Source: a virus
IMG/VR virus record: IMGVR_UViG_3300024520_000013
Coordinates: 1 to 44,239 of that record
Length of the DNA: 44,239 bases
Reading direction: 5' to 3' (one strand)
Part shown: positions 9,178 through 17,826 of the stretch, in pieces
Layout: each line of letters starts with the position of its first letter
Numbering within the stretch: position 1 is the stretch's first letter
Translations under genes and position numbers: made by a program
The notes under the pieces: model-generated
Told to the model about the DNA's origin: nothing
What the model saw: the letters and a program-made list of their open reading frames with translations, nothing else
Databases searched by the model: none

Positions 9178-10006
9178 GATATTTCCTCGTCAGCGGAGAT
9201 TGCTTTCTCATCTCCGCGATGAAGTTGACAGCCTTCCTCTTCGCCTCTCCGTAGCTCTTCGCACCGAGCATCTCCTGCCGAGCTTCCTCGACAGTGTCCT
9301 TGTTCGGTGGTTGAGAACTCTTGGAGGAAGAGGGACCGGCAACTGCGTGAGTCGCGGGCACCGAGGAAACACTCCCCGATGTACCCTCCTCCGAGAACAA
9401 GTCTGGCGAGCGAGTCCGAGCGAGCATGACCGTCTCTTCCATGGACAAGCCGTTGGCATGTTCCTGGATATTCACGATCGCGCCCGCCTGCTGAAGGCTG
9501 AAGCCCTCCGTCTCCATCAATTCGAGCTTCGCCACCATTCCGGCGAGAGCAGCGTTTGGTTCTTGAGACTTGGGTTCCTTCGTCTGACTTCGCTGCGCAG
9601 TTTCCCGAGCAAGCCAAACCATCTTGGCTTCCTCATCGAGATCGCCCCAACCTTTGGGACGCTTGCCGCCTACGATGTCCGCCAGCTCGCGCTGACTCTC
9701 GTGTTCGGCAACCTGTTCACGCAGGGTTGCAAGCTCCTTGTCGCGCGACGCCAGTGCCGCCTTGGCTTCAGTGTTCTGTGCCAAGACTTGCTGCAATCGT
9801 TCGATGGGAACTCGCTGTTCGCCTCCGCTCTCGGGCTTCTCCGCTTCCTGTCGCGACGCGACAGCATTCGGATCGGACTGTTGAGTTTCAGCCGCAGGCT
9901 TTGAGGCGGAAGATTCCTCGGTGCTACTTCCTTTCGGTTGCTCGCCTGCGGGACTCCCGCTGACCCGGCGGACTGCTTCCATTCGGGTTTCAGGTTGGTC
10001 ACTCAT
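9161..10006 (-). CDS. Scaffolding protein candidate
   Basis: 281 aa, acidic and A/E/Q/S/K-rich, helix-prone. Lies immediately upstream of the capsid gene and overlaps it by 17 nt. Confidence 0.6.
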   Translation of the reverse strand: MSDQPETRMEAVRRVSGSPAGEQPKGSSTEESSASKPAAETQQSDPNAVASRQEAEKPESGGEQRVPIERLQQVLAQNTEAKAALASRDKELATLREQVAEHESQRELADIVGGKRPKGWGDLDEEAKMVWLARETAQRSQTKEPKSQEPNAALAGMVAKLELMETEGFSLQQAGAIVNIQEHANGLSMEETVMLARTRSPDLFSEEGTSGSVSSVPATHAVAGPSSSKSSQPPNKDTVEEARQEMLGAKSYGEAKRKAVNFIAEMRKQSPLTRKYHGSNV

Positions 10007-10096
10007 GGTTCACGACTCCAATTCATACGTGGGTGCATCGCGGTAGAAGGAAACCGTGGTCGCTTGCGATGAAGCTCGACCCCGACTGGGTGTTGG

Positions 10097-10264
10097 CTAC
10101 CGGCGGATGTTCGCTTTCCGTGCCGGTGCGCCGCTCTTGACTCCGATCTCGTCACGCCCGGTCACGTTCCGACCGGCGCGAGGGGTGCTGCGAACACGGG
10201 TCTTGTCGCCCTCCGTCCGCACCTTCGCTGCTGCGTTGACTTTCGTCGAACCTCGTTTCTTCAC
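10097..10264 (-). CDS. Possible small, highly basic protein (55 aa), below the ORF-track length cutoff
   Basis: A GTG start overlaps the TGA of the upstream gene (GTGA). Translation VKKRGSTKVNAAAKVRTEGDKTRVRSTPRAGRNVTGRDEIGVKSGAPARKANIRR. It fills an otherwise empty 254-nt gap. Confidence 0.3.
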   Translation of the reverse strand: MKKRGSTKVNAAAKVRTEGDKTRVRSTPRAGRNVTGRDEIGVKSGAPARKANIRR

Positions 10265-10593
10265 GTCTTCTTCTCCTGCGCTTGGAGCGCTCTAGAGATC
10301 TTGTTGAGTTCCTCGTTCACCCGTCTCTCGGATGTCCGCAAGTCCTCGATGATTTCGATCCGGCCAAACACCTTTCCGGCCTTGAACGAATCGAAAGTTT
10401 CTGCGCGGATCATGTCGCGGTAACGCGACTCGTCCGTCTTCGCGCGCGAGTCCAGGAAAGCCTGGAAGTCCTCGTTCTGCATGAAGCGCGCAACACGCGA
10501 GAGCTGCGCGTGCCTGCTGGTCATCGCCGCAGTATTGTCCACCAGCTTCTCTTCGCGCTCGGCGCGTTCGACTTCATCGAGAAACGTGTTCAC
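10261..10593 (-). CDS. Hypothetical protein, helical
   Basis: 110-aa ORF with a 4-nt overlap to the portal gene stop. Confidence 0.55.
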   Translation of the reverse strand: MNTFLDEVERAEREEKLVDNTAAMTSRHAQLSRVARFMQNEDFQAFLDSRAKTDESRYRDMIRAETFDSFKAGKVFGRIEIIEDLRTSERRVNEELNKISRALQAQEKKT

Positions 10594-12911
10594 TGCTGCG
10601 CTCCGTTGGTGTTCTGAAAGATCCCAGGCTGACGATCCATCGATGCCATCTGACCTTGCCCCGCCATACCCGGCGTCTCACCGGGAGTGGATCCTGGTTG
10701 CCCGAACATCGCGCCCTCGCCCGGTTGCACTTGTCCATTCTGCGTACGCTGATTGCCGGTGGTACCTCGGTTCGGATCGAGAGGTTGCTGCGGCTGCGCG
10801 AAGGGCATCTGCTGGTTCTGTTGCTGCTGCTGCTCCTGCTTCCGAGCCGCAGTGCGCTGCTGCTGCAACAGGCTGACGTGCTCTTCGTAGTGCTTCGCGA
10901 GCAGCGCTCGAATCTCCGGGTCGTACTCGTCGATGTTGTCCATCGCAGGCAACATCGCTTCGAGGTGTTCCTCGTGATCGTCCTGATCGTCCACCTCGAC
11001 CTCCTGCCCCTGCAGGATCATGATCAACTCCTCGTTTTGCGTCAGCAGCTCGTGCATCGGAGTTGGAATATGGATCACCTCCTCGCCGCTAATTGCGCCG
11101 ACCATGTCGTCCCACAACAGCCGCGCCATGCGAAGCTGATCGAACGCACCCGGATGCTGCTGCATCATCGGAGCCATCAGGTTCAGGTACTGCATGAGCT
11201 GCGTTGCTCGCAGATCACCGGAGTGGAGCGAACCGAGTGCGGTGAATGTGAAGTCCACCTGGGTCTGCAAGACTTCAGGATCCACTTCCTCGTAGACCTT
11301 GAGACCCTTCGCCCCCTTGCCCAACACGCGGAACTCCATCGAGTTCGTGACGTACTGGGTGTTCATGGCATGCCACTGTTCGAGCATGTCGTTCAGCCCC
11401 ATCGTGTAGGACTGGATGTATGCACGGAGCCGTCGCGACGACTCGGACAACTTGTTCGTTGACTCGGTCGCTGTGTTGCTGTTGTCCACGCCACCGAGCA
11501 CGCGCGTTCCGCCCGACACCTCTTCGATGTCCATCGAGAGGATCGAGTCGGCGTACTGCATCTCGCCCATCGTGGACTTGAGCGAGACTTCACTAATGCC
11601 GCCGGGGTTCGCCACCGGAATGATCGCACCCGGCTCGATCTCCCACAGGTTGCCGGGAAGGTCGTCGGTGTCGGACACGAAGAGGAAAGGCGACAACGCC
11701 AGCTTGTGCGACTTCAAGGCCAGATCGCGGTGCTGGTTCATTTCCAACTGCGGTCGGATGGCGTTGTCGAGGGGCGCGATCGAGAAGAAGTCGAACGCAT
11801 CGCGGTTCGCCCTGGCGCAGGCGTATGGCCTGTGCTTATCGTCGAACGGGTTCTCTTGAATGCGGATGGGAACTTGAAAGTTCGCCACCGTGATCACGCA
11901 CTCGCGCGTGAACCCTTCGTCGTAGAGGTCGAACAAGCCCCAGATCTCGGTGACGTAGAACTCCTTCGGTCCGCCTTTGACCTCCCGGCGTCCGTAGTTG
12001 ATCTCGTGCTGTCCAGTATCCCGATCTTCCTTGTACCACGAATTGTAGTCGTGCCGCTCGATCATCGAGCTGTCGGCCAGTTCCTCCCAATTTTGGAACA
12101 CACCCTCACGACCCATCGAGGCAATCTGGTCGAACGTCATCTTGGTAACGTCACCAACGAACTTCGAGTTCGGCACGTCGGTAGCTTCCATGTCGATGAC
12201 GAAGTCGAATGGATCAACGAGTCGTTGCCTCGGCCCGTTGAACACCACTCGCTCTTCTTCCTTCAGCGACGTCTTCAGCTTTGACTTACCGGCTTCTCGA
12301 ATTCTCCTGTGCGTACGCTTGATGCGCTTCTCGCACTTGGTCTCCCACCACGTCTTGATCGCACAGAACCCGTAGGTCAACATCGTGCGAATCGCGGGCT
12401 GCACCGACATGCGGAAGCGATCCTGTTCGAGCTGCCACGTCAGGAACGCGGTAATCTTCTGGGTCTGCTTCTTGTCGGCATCCTCACGACCGTGCGTCGT
12501 GAACCACTTCTCGTAGGAGAGCACCTGCTCCTCGATGCGCGGGACCATGCGCTCGACAGCTTTGTACATCTCGGCGACCTCGCCTTCGCCTTGCCCTCCC
12601 TTCATCCCGTCCATGAGTCGACGGACTAACGCCCACTTCCGGAACGTGTCGTTGTTCTCCTCTTGGAATCTGCGAAGTGTACTCGTCACAAATTCCGTGG
12701 CTCGCTTGTCGAGCACATCGTTCGTTCCAGCGAGGTTGCGATACGGAACCTGAATCTCGTTCCACGCACGCAACTGATCCGGCGTCGGGTTCGGGGTCAG
12801 CGTGACCGTCTTCGTCTTCGACCTGACGCCCGACTGCGTTGTGGTGGAAGCACCGTCCCCGGAAGGCGCACGCTTCATGACGTTCTCGGCGTTGCCAGTC
12901 TTGACAGTCAT
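10590..12911 (-). CDS. Portal protein candidate with a Q/G-rich C-terminal tail
   Basis: 773 aa, between the terminase and the scaffold/capsid genes. The last ~100 aa are low complexity (QEQQQQQNQQ...GQGQM). Confidence 0.75.
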   Translation of the reverse strand: MTVKTGNAENVMKRAPSGDGASTTTQSGVRSKTKTVTLTPNPTPDQLRAWNEIQVPYRNLAGTNDVLDKRATEFVTSTLRRFQEENNDTFRKWALVRRLMDGMKGGQGEGEVAEMYKAVERMVPRIEEQVLSYEKWFTTHGREDADKKQTQKITAFLTWQLEQDRFRMSVQPAIRTMLTYGFCAIKTWWETKCEKRIKRTHRRIREAGKSKLKTSLKEEERVVFNGPRQRLVDPFDFVIDMEATDVPNSKFVGDVTKMTFDQIASMGREGVFQNWEELADSSMIERHDYNSWYKEDRDTGQHEINYGRREVKGGPKEFYVTEIWGLFDLYDEGFTRECVITVANFQVPIRIQENPFDDKHRPYACARANRDAFDFFSIAPLDNAIRPQLEMNQHRDLALKSHKLALSPFLFVSDTDDLPGNLWEIEPGAIIPVANPGGISEVSLKSTMGEMQYADSILSMDIEEVSGGTRVLGGVDNSNTATESTNKLSESSRRLRAYIQSYTMGLNDMLEQWHAMNTQYVTNSMEFRVLGKGAKGLKVYEEVDPEVLQTQVDFTFTALGSLHSGDLRATQLMQYLNLMAPMMQQHPGAFDQLRMARLLWDDMVGAISGEEVIHIPTPMHELLTQNEELIMILQGQEVEVDDQDDHEEHLEAMLPAMDNIDEYDPEIRALLAKHYEEHVSLLQQQRTAARKQEQQQQQNQQMPFAQPQQPLDPNRGTTGNQRTQNGQVQPGEGAMFGQPGSTPGETPGMAGQGQMASMDRQPGIFQNTNGAQQ

Positions 12912-12975
12912 CGAACACCTTCCGGGGTAGCACCGAGGTCACCGGGAAGGGGTGGCAACCTCTGCACAAGGGATC

Positions 12976-13191
12976 TCATTTGCTGCTTCCTGATTTTTGG
13001 AAGCGTGGCCGGTCGTCGTGCTTCGGCTTGTCGAAGTGTTCGAGCAACTTCCAAAGTCGCTGCTCGTTCAGGAACAACTTGCGCGTGATCCACATGTTGG
13101 CTTTGTCGCGCTGCATCGTCCTGCGCAAGATCGCGATGTCCGCATGGATCTCTCGCAACTCACCCGCCACTCTGTTCTGCGTTTTGCTCAT
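12976..13191 (-). CDS. Hypothetical small protein
   Basis: 71-aa ORF between the terminase and portal genes. Confidence 0.5.
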   Translation of the reverse strand: MSKTQNRVAGELREIHADIAILRRTMQRDKANMWITRKLFLNEQRLWKLLEHFDKPKHDDRPRFQKSGSSK

Positions 13192-13200
13192 CTGACCGGA

Positions 13201-14889
13201 TCAGGGGGACTGACCATATCTGGTTATCCAACTCTGACCGTTGGGATTGTGATCACGCCCTCGATAGACGTCAACCATCTGTTGTCGCCCGTTGACGACC
13301 ATTTCGATTGGCACGACGTTGCCTTGTCGAACACGCTTTTGACGACGTTTCATCTCGCGACGACGGTTGCCCGGTGAGCAGATGCGTTGCTTCTTGTGGT
13401 CGGTCGCGTCGATGTCAGCCAGTGCATCGGCCATGTCGTTCTTGCCGTACACCGGGAAGCGAACGAACTCCAAGACCAGCTCACCGTCGGGCAACACGCT
13501 GCCGTCCTCGCACTTATAGCCTTCCGGATCGAACAACGTGCGCGTCTGACCGAGGTCGTGGAACACGCGCGGCAACGTGTCGACGAAGAAGATTGCCTGC
13601 CGTTGGAAGCGACCCTGCAGTCGCTGGATGCGCTGCTTCTTCGAGTCGTCGTTCACTCCGCGCGACACCTCGACGAGATTCACGCGCATCTTTCGATCGC
13701 GCGCGGACGCAAGAATCATGGCATGGAAGACCGAGTTCATGCAGATCCGCTCCATGAGGATCTTCTTCACGTTGACCCTCGACTCCCACCTCTCCTGCAT
13801 GTTGAGCAGCTCGCTGACGAACTCGTCGGGCGACATGTGCCCGACGAACGCGTCGAGCACGTATGCGTTGTCCTGCGAATCGAGTCCGACCAAGATGCCA
13901 GTTGAGTAGCAACCTTCCTCGCGCACCGACGTCGCAGTGTCCGTCAGGATGTAGCACGAGAGATCCTTCATGAAGTTCCCGAAGTGCATCGCGGTGAACT
14001 GCTCGCGGAAGAAGACCATCGACGCACTCGATAGGCAGACGTTGAGGTACTGCGACGAGAACTTCGCCTCGTCGTCCATCAACTGGAGCTGCTGCATGAG
14101 GAAGTCTTCGTCGAGGTGTTCGAACCGCGCCTCGCCAACCAGACTCACCGCGCCGCTCTCGCTCTTCTCCAACTGCATGCCGCAGTCGATGATCTTCATG
14201 TCGAAGCGCTCGGCGAGGTTGTTGATGATGTAGCCGTAGAGATCGTCGTCGTGATACCTGGTACCCACTGCCATCAACACACCACCGGGATCGAGCAGCG
14301 GGAAAAGCATCTGGAAGCAGTCCCGCACTTTCTGCAGACCATCCTTTGTCTTGACGTTCTGATCGCTTACGAGGTCGTCGATGATGATCACGTCGTAGTG
14401 ACCACCAACCACGACCTTGTCCACGCCGAACGCGGAGATGCTCGGCTCCTTCTGCCAGTCGTTAGTGCGCGACAGAGCGATCTTCTCGCGACTCCACGGT
14501 TTGCCGCGCAAATCGCCCCAGACCTCCCGCAACTTCGAGTTTGTCTCAAAGTGCTGTCGGATGGCTCCGACCGTCTGTAGAGCGTTTGTGTAGGTCTCCA
14601 TGCCGTACAGCACCCGGATGTTCGAGTTCTGCAGGAGGCGACGAATCGCGTACGCCTGGAGGATTGTCGTCTTGTAGGAACCACGCGGAGCTTCGAGATG
14701 CTTGAACCGCGTCTCCGGGTTGTCCACGAACTCGACCATCTCCTGGTGCGCTCCGTCCGGACGGATGCCACCGGGACGAGTAACCTCACCCGTCTCTGTA
14801 TGCTTGTCGAAGTCGAACCCCAACACGTTGCGCGCGAGGAAGCCGGTGTCGGTTTCCGCGCGCAGCTTGAACCGGCTGCGCAGTGTCAT
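13201..14889 (-). CDS. terL: Terminase large subunit
   Basis: Walker A-like PRGSYKTT, Walker B VIIIDDLVSD and the nuclease-side GTRYHDDDLYG. I moved the start to the ATG at 14889 (MTLRSRF), which shares 1 nt with the upstream TGA. Confidence 0.9.
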   Translation of the reverse strand: MTLRSRFKLRAETDTGFLARNVLGFDFDKHTETGEVTRPGGIRPDGAHQEMVEFVDNPETRFKHLEAPRGSYKTTILQAYAIRRLLQNSNIRVLYGMETYTNALQTVGAIRQHFETNSKLREVWGDLRGKPWSREKIALSRTNDWQKEPSISAFGVDKVVVGGHYDVIIIDDLVSDQNVKTKDGLQKVRDCFQMLFPLLDPGGVLMAVGTRYHDDDLYGYIINNLAERFDMKIIDCGMQLEKSESGAVSLVGEARFEHLDEDFLMQQLQLMDDEAKFSSQYLNVCLSSASMVFFREQFTAMHFGNFMKDLSCYILTDTATSVREEGCYSTGILVGLDSQDNAYVLDAFVGHMSPDEFVSELLNMQERWESRVNVKKILMERICMNSVFHAMILASARDRKMRVNLVEVSRGVNDDSKKQRIQRLQGRFQRQAIFFVDTLPRVFHDLGQTRTLFDPEGYKCEDGSVLPDGELVLEFVRFPVYGKNDMADALADIDATDHKKQRICSPGNRRREMKRRQKRVRQGNVVPIEMVVNGRQQMVDVYRGRDHNPNGQSWITRYGQSP

Positions 14890-15140
14890 CAGATGATCTG
14901 ACCGGGTTGCGAATCCTTCATCCGCTTGACGACGTGCTTGCCGCCCCTCCATCCGAGCAGACCCACGAGCAACGACCCGGCACCGATCGCTGCCGCGACG
15001 TAGTTGCCGGATGCCGCGTCGGCCACGATCTTCGGGACCTCGATGGCAACACGCTCGATCGCCTCGCTACCACCGACAGCATTCGGGAACATCTTGCAGC
15101 CAGCGAGGAACGGAACCACCAACAGAACACACCGCATCAT
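14889..15140 (-). CDS. Small membrane protein with a lipobox and a C-terminal TMD (holin or spanin-like lysis candidate)
   Basis: I moved the start to ATGATG at 15140, preceded by GGAGGTGG. The sequence MMRCVLLVVPFLAGC... contains the lipobox LAGC. A second hydrophobic segment AAAIGAGSLLVGLLGW is followed by the basic tail RGGKHVVKRMK. Confidence 0.55.
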   Translation of the reverse strand: MMRCVLLVVPFLAGCKMFPNAVGGSEAIERVAIEVPKIVADAASGNYVAAAIGAGSLLVGLLGWRGGKHVVKRMKDSQPGQII

Positions 15141-15385
15141 CCACCTCCTAGAACAGGGCTGTAGCTGGCGATCACGTTGCCGAGCATCGCCCCGAGCGCT
15201 GCGGCTACTCCAGACAGCCACATGACCTTGCGCTCCAGGGCTCCAAGACGCCGACCGGCGGACTCGAAACGCAACTCGACCTGATCGTTCAACTTGTGCT
15301 GGCTTTCCCAGTACGCGTTGATGCGACCGTCGTGCTCGCGGGTCCAGGCCTCCAGCTCTCGAACTCGATCGTCGATCTCAGCCAT
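15137..15385 (-). CDS. Coiled-coil protein with a C-terminal TMD (XhlA-like architecture, lysis-associated candidate)
   Basis: 82 aa. The N-terminal helix RVRELEAWTREHDGRI is followed by the C-terminal hydrophobic segment WLSGVAAALGAMLGNVIASY. ATGA-coupled to the next gene. Confidence 0.5.
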   Translation of the reverse strand: MAEIDDRVRELEAWTREHDGRINAYWESQHKLNDQVELRFESAGRRLGALERKVMWLSGVAAALGAMLGNVIASYSPVLGGG

Positions 15386-15409
15386 CGAGCTGATGATACT
15401 GCCTAGGAC

Positions 15410-15435
15410 CCCGATCTGGTTAGTCCCAGATCTGG
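15410..15435. promoter_or_regulatory. CCCGATCTGG (15410-15419) plus palindromic CCAGATCTGG (15426-15435) in a divergent intergenic region
   Basis: A copy of the recurrent intergenic motif, sitting between the minus-strand start at 15385 and the plus-strand start at 15488. Confidence 0.5.
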
Positions 15436-15487
15436 ATAGTCAACAGGAATCCGTCTACCCTGACCCCAACTCCAGGAGGATTCCAAG

Positions 15488-16162
15488 ATGACCAGATTTC
15501 ACCACCTCAGTCGAAGCATAGCAGTCGACACAATCTCAGCGGCAGACCCAGTCGTGGTCACCACTACAACCGATCACGGTCTTGTTGAAGGCGGCATGCT
15601 TTTGATCAGCGGCGTCGTCGGCGATATCAACACCATCGTCCACAACCCGGTACGTGGTAACCCCCAACCGGTCAACTACACCGTCGTCAGCGACACCACG
15701 TTCTCACTGCAAGATGTGGACGGCACCGACCTCGACACCACCGGTCTCACCTACACCAGCGGTGGAACCGTTCTGATGGACGACCCGCTCATCGAGTGGG
15801 ACAACCTCAAGGCAATCACTTTCGATCCGATCGATGTGACACAAGGGTACGACAAGGCCGGTGTCGGGCTCACCCCCGCACTCATCATCGCCATCGACGC
15901 GAAAGATCCGGTCGTCACCGGAGCGAAAGACGTGCAGCTCACGCTCTACTCACGACCGAGCCCTAGTCAAGAGTGGCGACTTACACGGGCGGCAATCGGA
16001 TTTGGGACAACCGGATTGGGCTCCGCAAGTTGGCTCACCCTGAACGGCCGCAGCGTACTTCACCTTGTGGACGAGTATGCTCTCCCCAACATCCAATTCC
16101 GCTCGCTGGCAGTAGGCTTGGGAACGAATCAGTACAAGGTCCAGGTGGTCACCAGCGGTTAG
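15488..16162 (+). CDS. Fiber/decoration-like structural protein candidate
   Basis: The N-terminal segment ISAADPVVVTTTTDHGLVEGGMLLISGVVGD...YTVVSDTTFSL resembles the small beta-barrel module common in phage fiber and decoration proteins. Confidence 0.5.
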   Translation: MTRFHHLSRSIAVDTISAADPVVVTTTTDHGLVEGGMLLISGVVGDINTIVHNPVRGNPQPVNYTVVSDTTFSLQDVDGTDLDTTGLTYTSGGTVLMDDPLIEWDNLKAITFDPIDVTQGYDKAGVGLTPALIIAIDAKDPVVTGAKDVQLTLYSRPSPSQEWRLTRAAIGFGTTGLGSASWLTLNGRSVLHLVDEYALPNIQFRSLAVGLGTNQYKVQVVTSG

Positions 16163-16488
16163 CCGTTCTTGATCTCAGCGATCTCCTCGTCGCGGAGACC
16201 TAATCGCCGCACAGAATGCAAGCGGTGTAGGACAGTGTTCATCGCTTCAATCAGTTCTACCGCACCCTGAGCGTAGGGCTGCGGCAGGTACATTCGCATC
16301 GTGAGCAGATCGCTCTGCACCTTCTGCAACATCATCTCTGCCGTCTTCGCACGCACCGTCATCGTGTCGTGCGCGAGCGCGATCGAGTCGCGCGCGGAAA
16401 CCAGCTTCTTGCACGTCTCGCACTGCGGATTTTCACCGGTAACGAGCGTGCCGGGGGGCATCTCGATCCCTCCCTTCGAGGTCGTCAT
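16159..16488 (-). CDS. Hypothetical protein
   Basis: 109-aa ORF, last gene of a 4-gene minus-strand operon. It contains a single CETC pair. Confidence 0.5.
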   Translation of the reverse strand: MTTSKGGIEMPPGTLVTGENPQCETCKKLVSARDSIALAHDTMTVRAKTAEMMLQKVQSDLLTMRMYLPQPYAQGAVELIEAMNTVLHRLHSVRRLGLRDEEIAEIKNG

Positions 16489-16725
16489 CTATCCGCCCTC
16501 CCACATCTTCTTGAATTGCTTGGGCTCGATCTCCTGGCACTTCGTGCGCTTGTCGCAGTCCTGGCACACCGCGTAGTAGTAGCCCTTGTCGCGCCCTCCC
16601 CCGGTGCTGGTCACGTTGTAGCCGAAGCAGTGGCCGCAGTGCGGACGCACGTACGACGTGACGACGGGATTGGTATATGGCCGTTTCTTCGCCGTCCTGC
16701 TTTTCTTCTTCTTCGTTACCACCAT
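16489..16725 (-). CDS. Small zinc-ribbon protein
   Basis: 78 aa with a basic N-terminus and the Cys pairs CGHC ... CQDC..C. Confidence 0.55.
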   Translation of the reverse strand: MVVTKKKKSRTAKKRPYTNPVVTSYVRPHCGHCFGYNVTSTGGGRDKGYYYAVCQDCDKRTKCQEIEPKQFKKMWEGG

Positions 16726-16765
16726 GGTTCCTCGTTGACCGCGCCATCCCCTCCCAAGGGACTGC

Positions 16766-16775
16766 CCCGATCTGG
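16766..16775. promoter_or_regulatory. Recurrent intergenic motif CCCGATCTGG
   Basis: Lies in the 66-nt gap between two minus-strand genes, flanked by GGGACT on both sides. Confidence 0.5.
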
Positions 16776-16791
16776 GACTCGCCAGAAGTTA

Positions 16792-17241
16792 TCACTGATG
16801 TGGTGGCTTTTCCTGCCCTGGTTCGGTTTTCTCCTCGAAGCTCCGCAAATCGAGTCCAAACTCGTCGCGCACTTGCTCCTCAACTGTCACGTCGATGTGA
16901 TCCTTCAGCACCGCGAGACCCGCAGGGTCTTGAGGGTTCACGCCGTGAATCGAGTAAAACTCCTCGACCGACATCACGTCCATACCCCACGCACTGTGGT
17001 GCGGACAGAACGTCGGCCACTTGATCTTGGGGTTGGTCAACTTGCCGCACCACGGCGCGACATCGAACCGCGTTTCGTACACCGAACACAGACCACCCTT
17101 CAGGAAGGGACACGAGTGGCTGGAGTACACCGCCACGTCGTTGATCACCGCTTGGAAGTAGCAGCACCGGCCCAGGTCGGGGCACGCGCTGCACTCGCCA
17201 AGATCAATCGTAGCCGGTGACGGTTCCGGAGGGCTTATCAT
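16792..17241 (-). CDS. YkgJ-like cysteine-cluster protein (putative Zn/Fe-chelating domain)
   Basis: ECSACPDLGRCCY followed by CPFLKGGLCSVYETRF resembles the CxxCxxCC ... C..L.G..C.IYE.RP pattern. Confidence 0.5.
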   Translation of the reverse strand: MISPPEPSPATIDLGECSACPDLGRCCYFQAVINDVAVYSSHSCPFLKGGLCSVYETRFDVAPWCGKLTNPKIKWPTFCPHHSAWGMDVMSVEEFYSIHGVNPQDPAGLAVLKDHIDVTVEEQVRDEFGLDLRSFEEKTEPGQEKPPHQ

Positions 17242-17590
17242 CTTCGATCACCGGGTCCGCGATGGCTTGCTGCTCGATCTCCGCACTCGACCGCATCAGC
17301 GGCACGGGCTCGCAGGCGACGGGCTCGGGCACACCCACTCGCAAGGTCTCGCACTCGTCTTCGATCCACCCGGCGCGGAACTTCACTGGAGCGGGGCCAC
17401 GAACCGCGAGCGACGTCTCGAACGAACCGTTGTCGATGAACATCGCGTGGCAAGGTCCGTCAACCCAGGCATGGTAACCATCTTCCAAATACCCGCCGGT
17501 GCTCGCTCCACACTTGCAGGTGGTGACCGGCTCGTCTGCGAGCTGGAGCTGTCGAACGTCGTGACATGCCGTGCAGTAGAGGAGTTTCAT
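17204..17590 (-). CDS. Zinc-ribbon protein
   Basis: The N-terminus reads MKLLYCTACHD...TTCKCG. 128 aa, first gene of the minus-strand operon. Confidence 0.55.
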   Translation of the reverse strand: MKLLYCTACHDVRQLQLADEPVTTCKCGASTGGYLEDGYHAWVDGPCHAMFIDNGSFETSLAVRGPAPVKFRAGWIEDECETLRVGVPEPVACEPVPLMRSSAEIEQQAIADPVIEDDKPSGTVTGYD

Positions 17591-17637
17591 GGACCCGGAA
17601 TCTACTGGCTTGCACCTCGATCCGCCAGCGGGTAAGA

Positions 17638-17647
17638 CCCGATCTGG
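17638..17647. promoter_or_regulatory. Recurrent intergenic motif CCCGATCTGG
   Basis: About 48 nt upstream of the minus-strand start at 17590; followed by GAGTCCCC...GGGGAGTCCC. Confidence 0.5.
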
Positions 17648-17826
17648 CGAGTCCCCGCTTTGGGGAGTCCCTAGGGCGCTGCCGAGCGCGATTCAGAATG
17701 ACCAGGAACGCCCGTTCGCCAGTAGCCGACGGGGCATCCGCACTCTTCCGATTCACCCCCTCCCTAACCTAGGTCGCTCGGCAGCGTCCCACTTTTTCAA
17801 CATGGCGAGGAGAACAGGTCGGTCGG

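Noticed and set aside
14889-15140. A firm unimolecular-spanin call
   Set aside because: A lipobox plus a C-terminal TMD matches u-spanin topology. But the segment between them is only about 33 aa, probably too short to span a periplasm. I report it only as a holin or spanin-like candidate.
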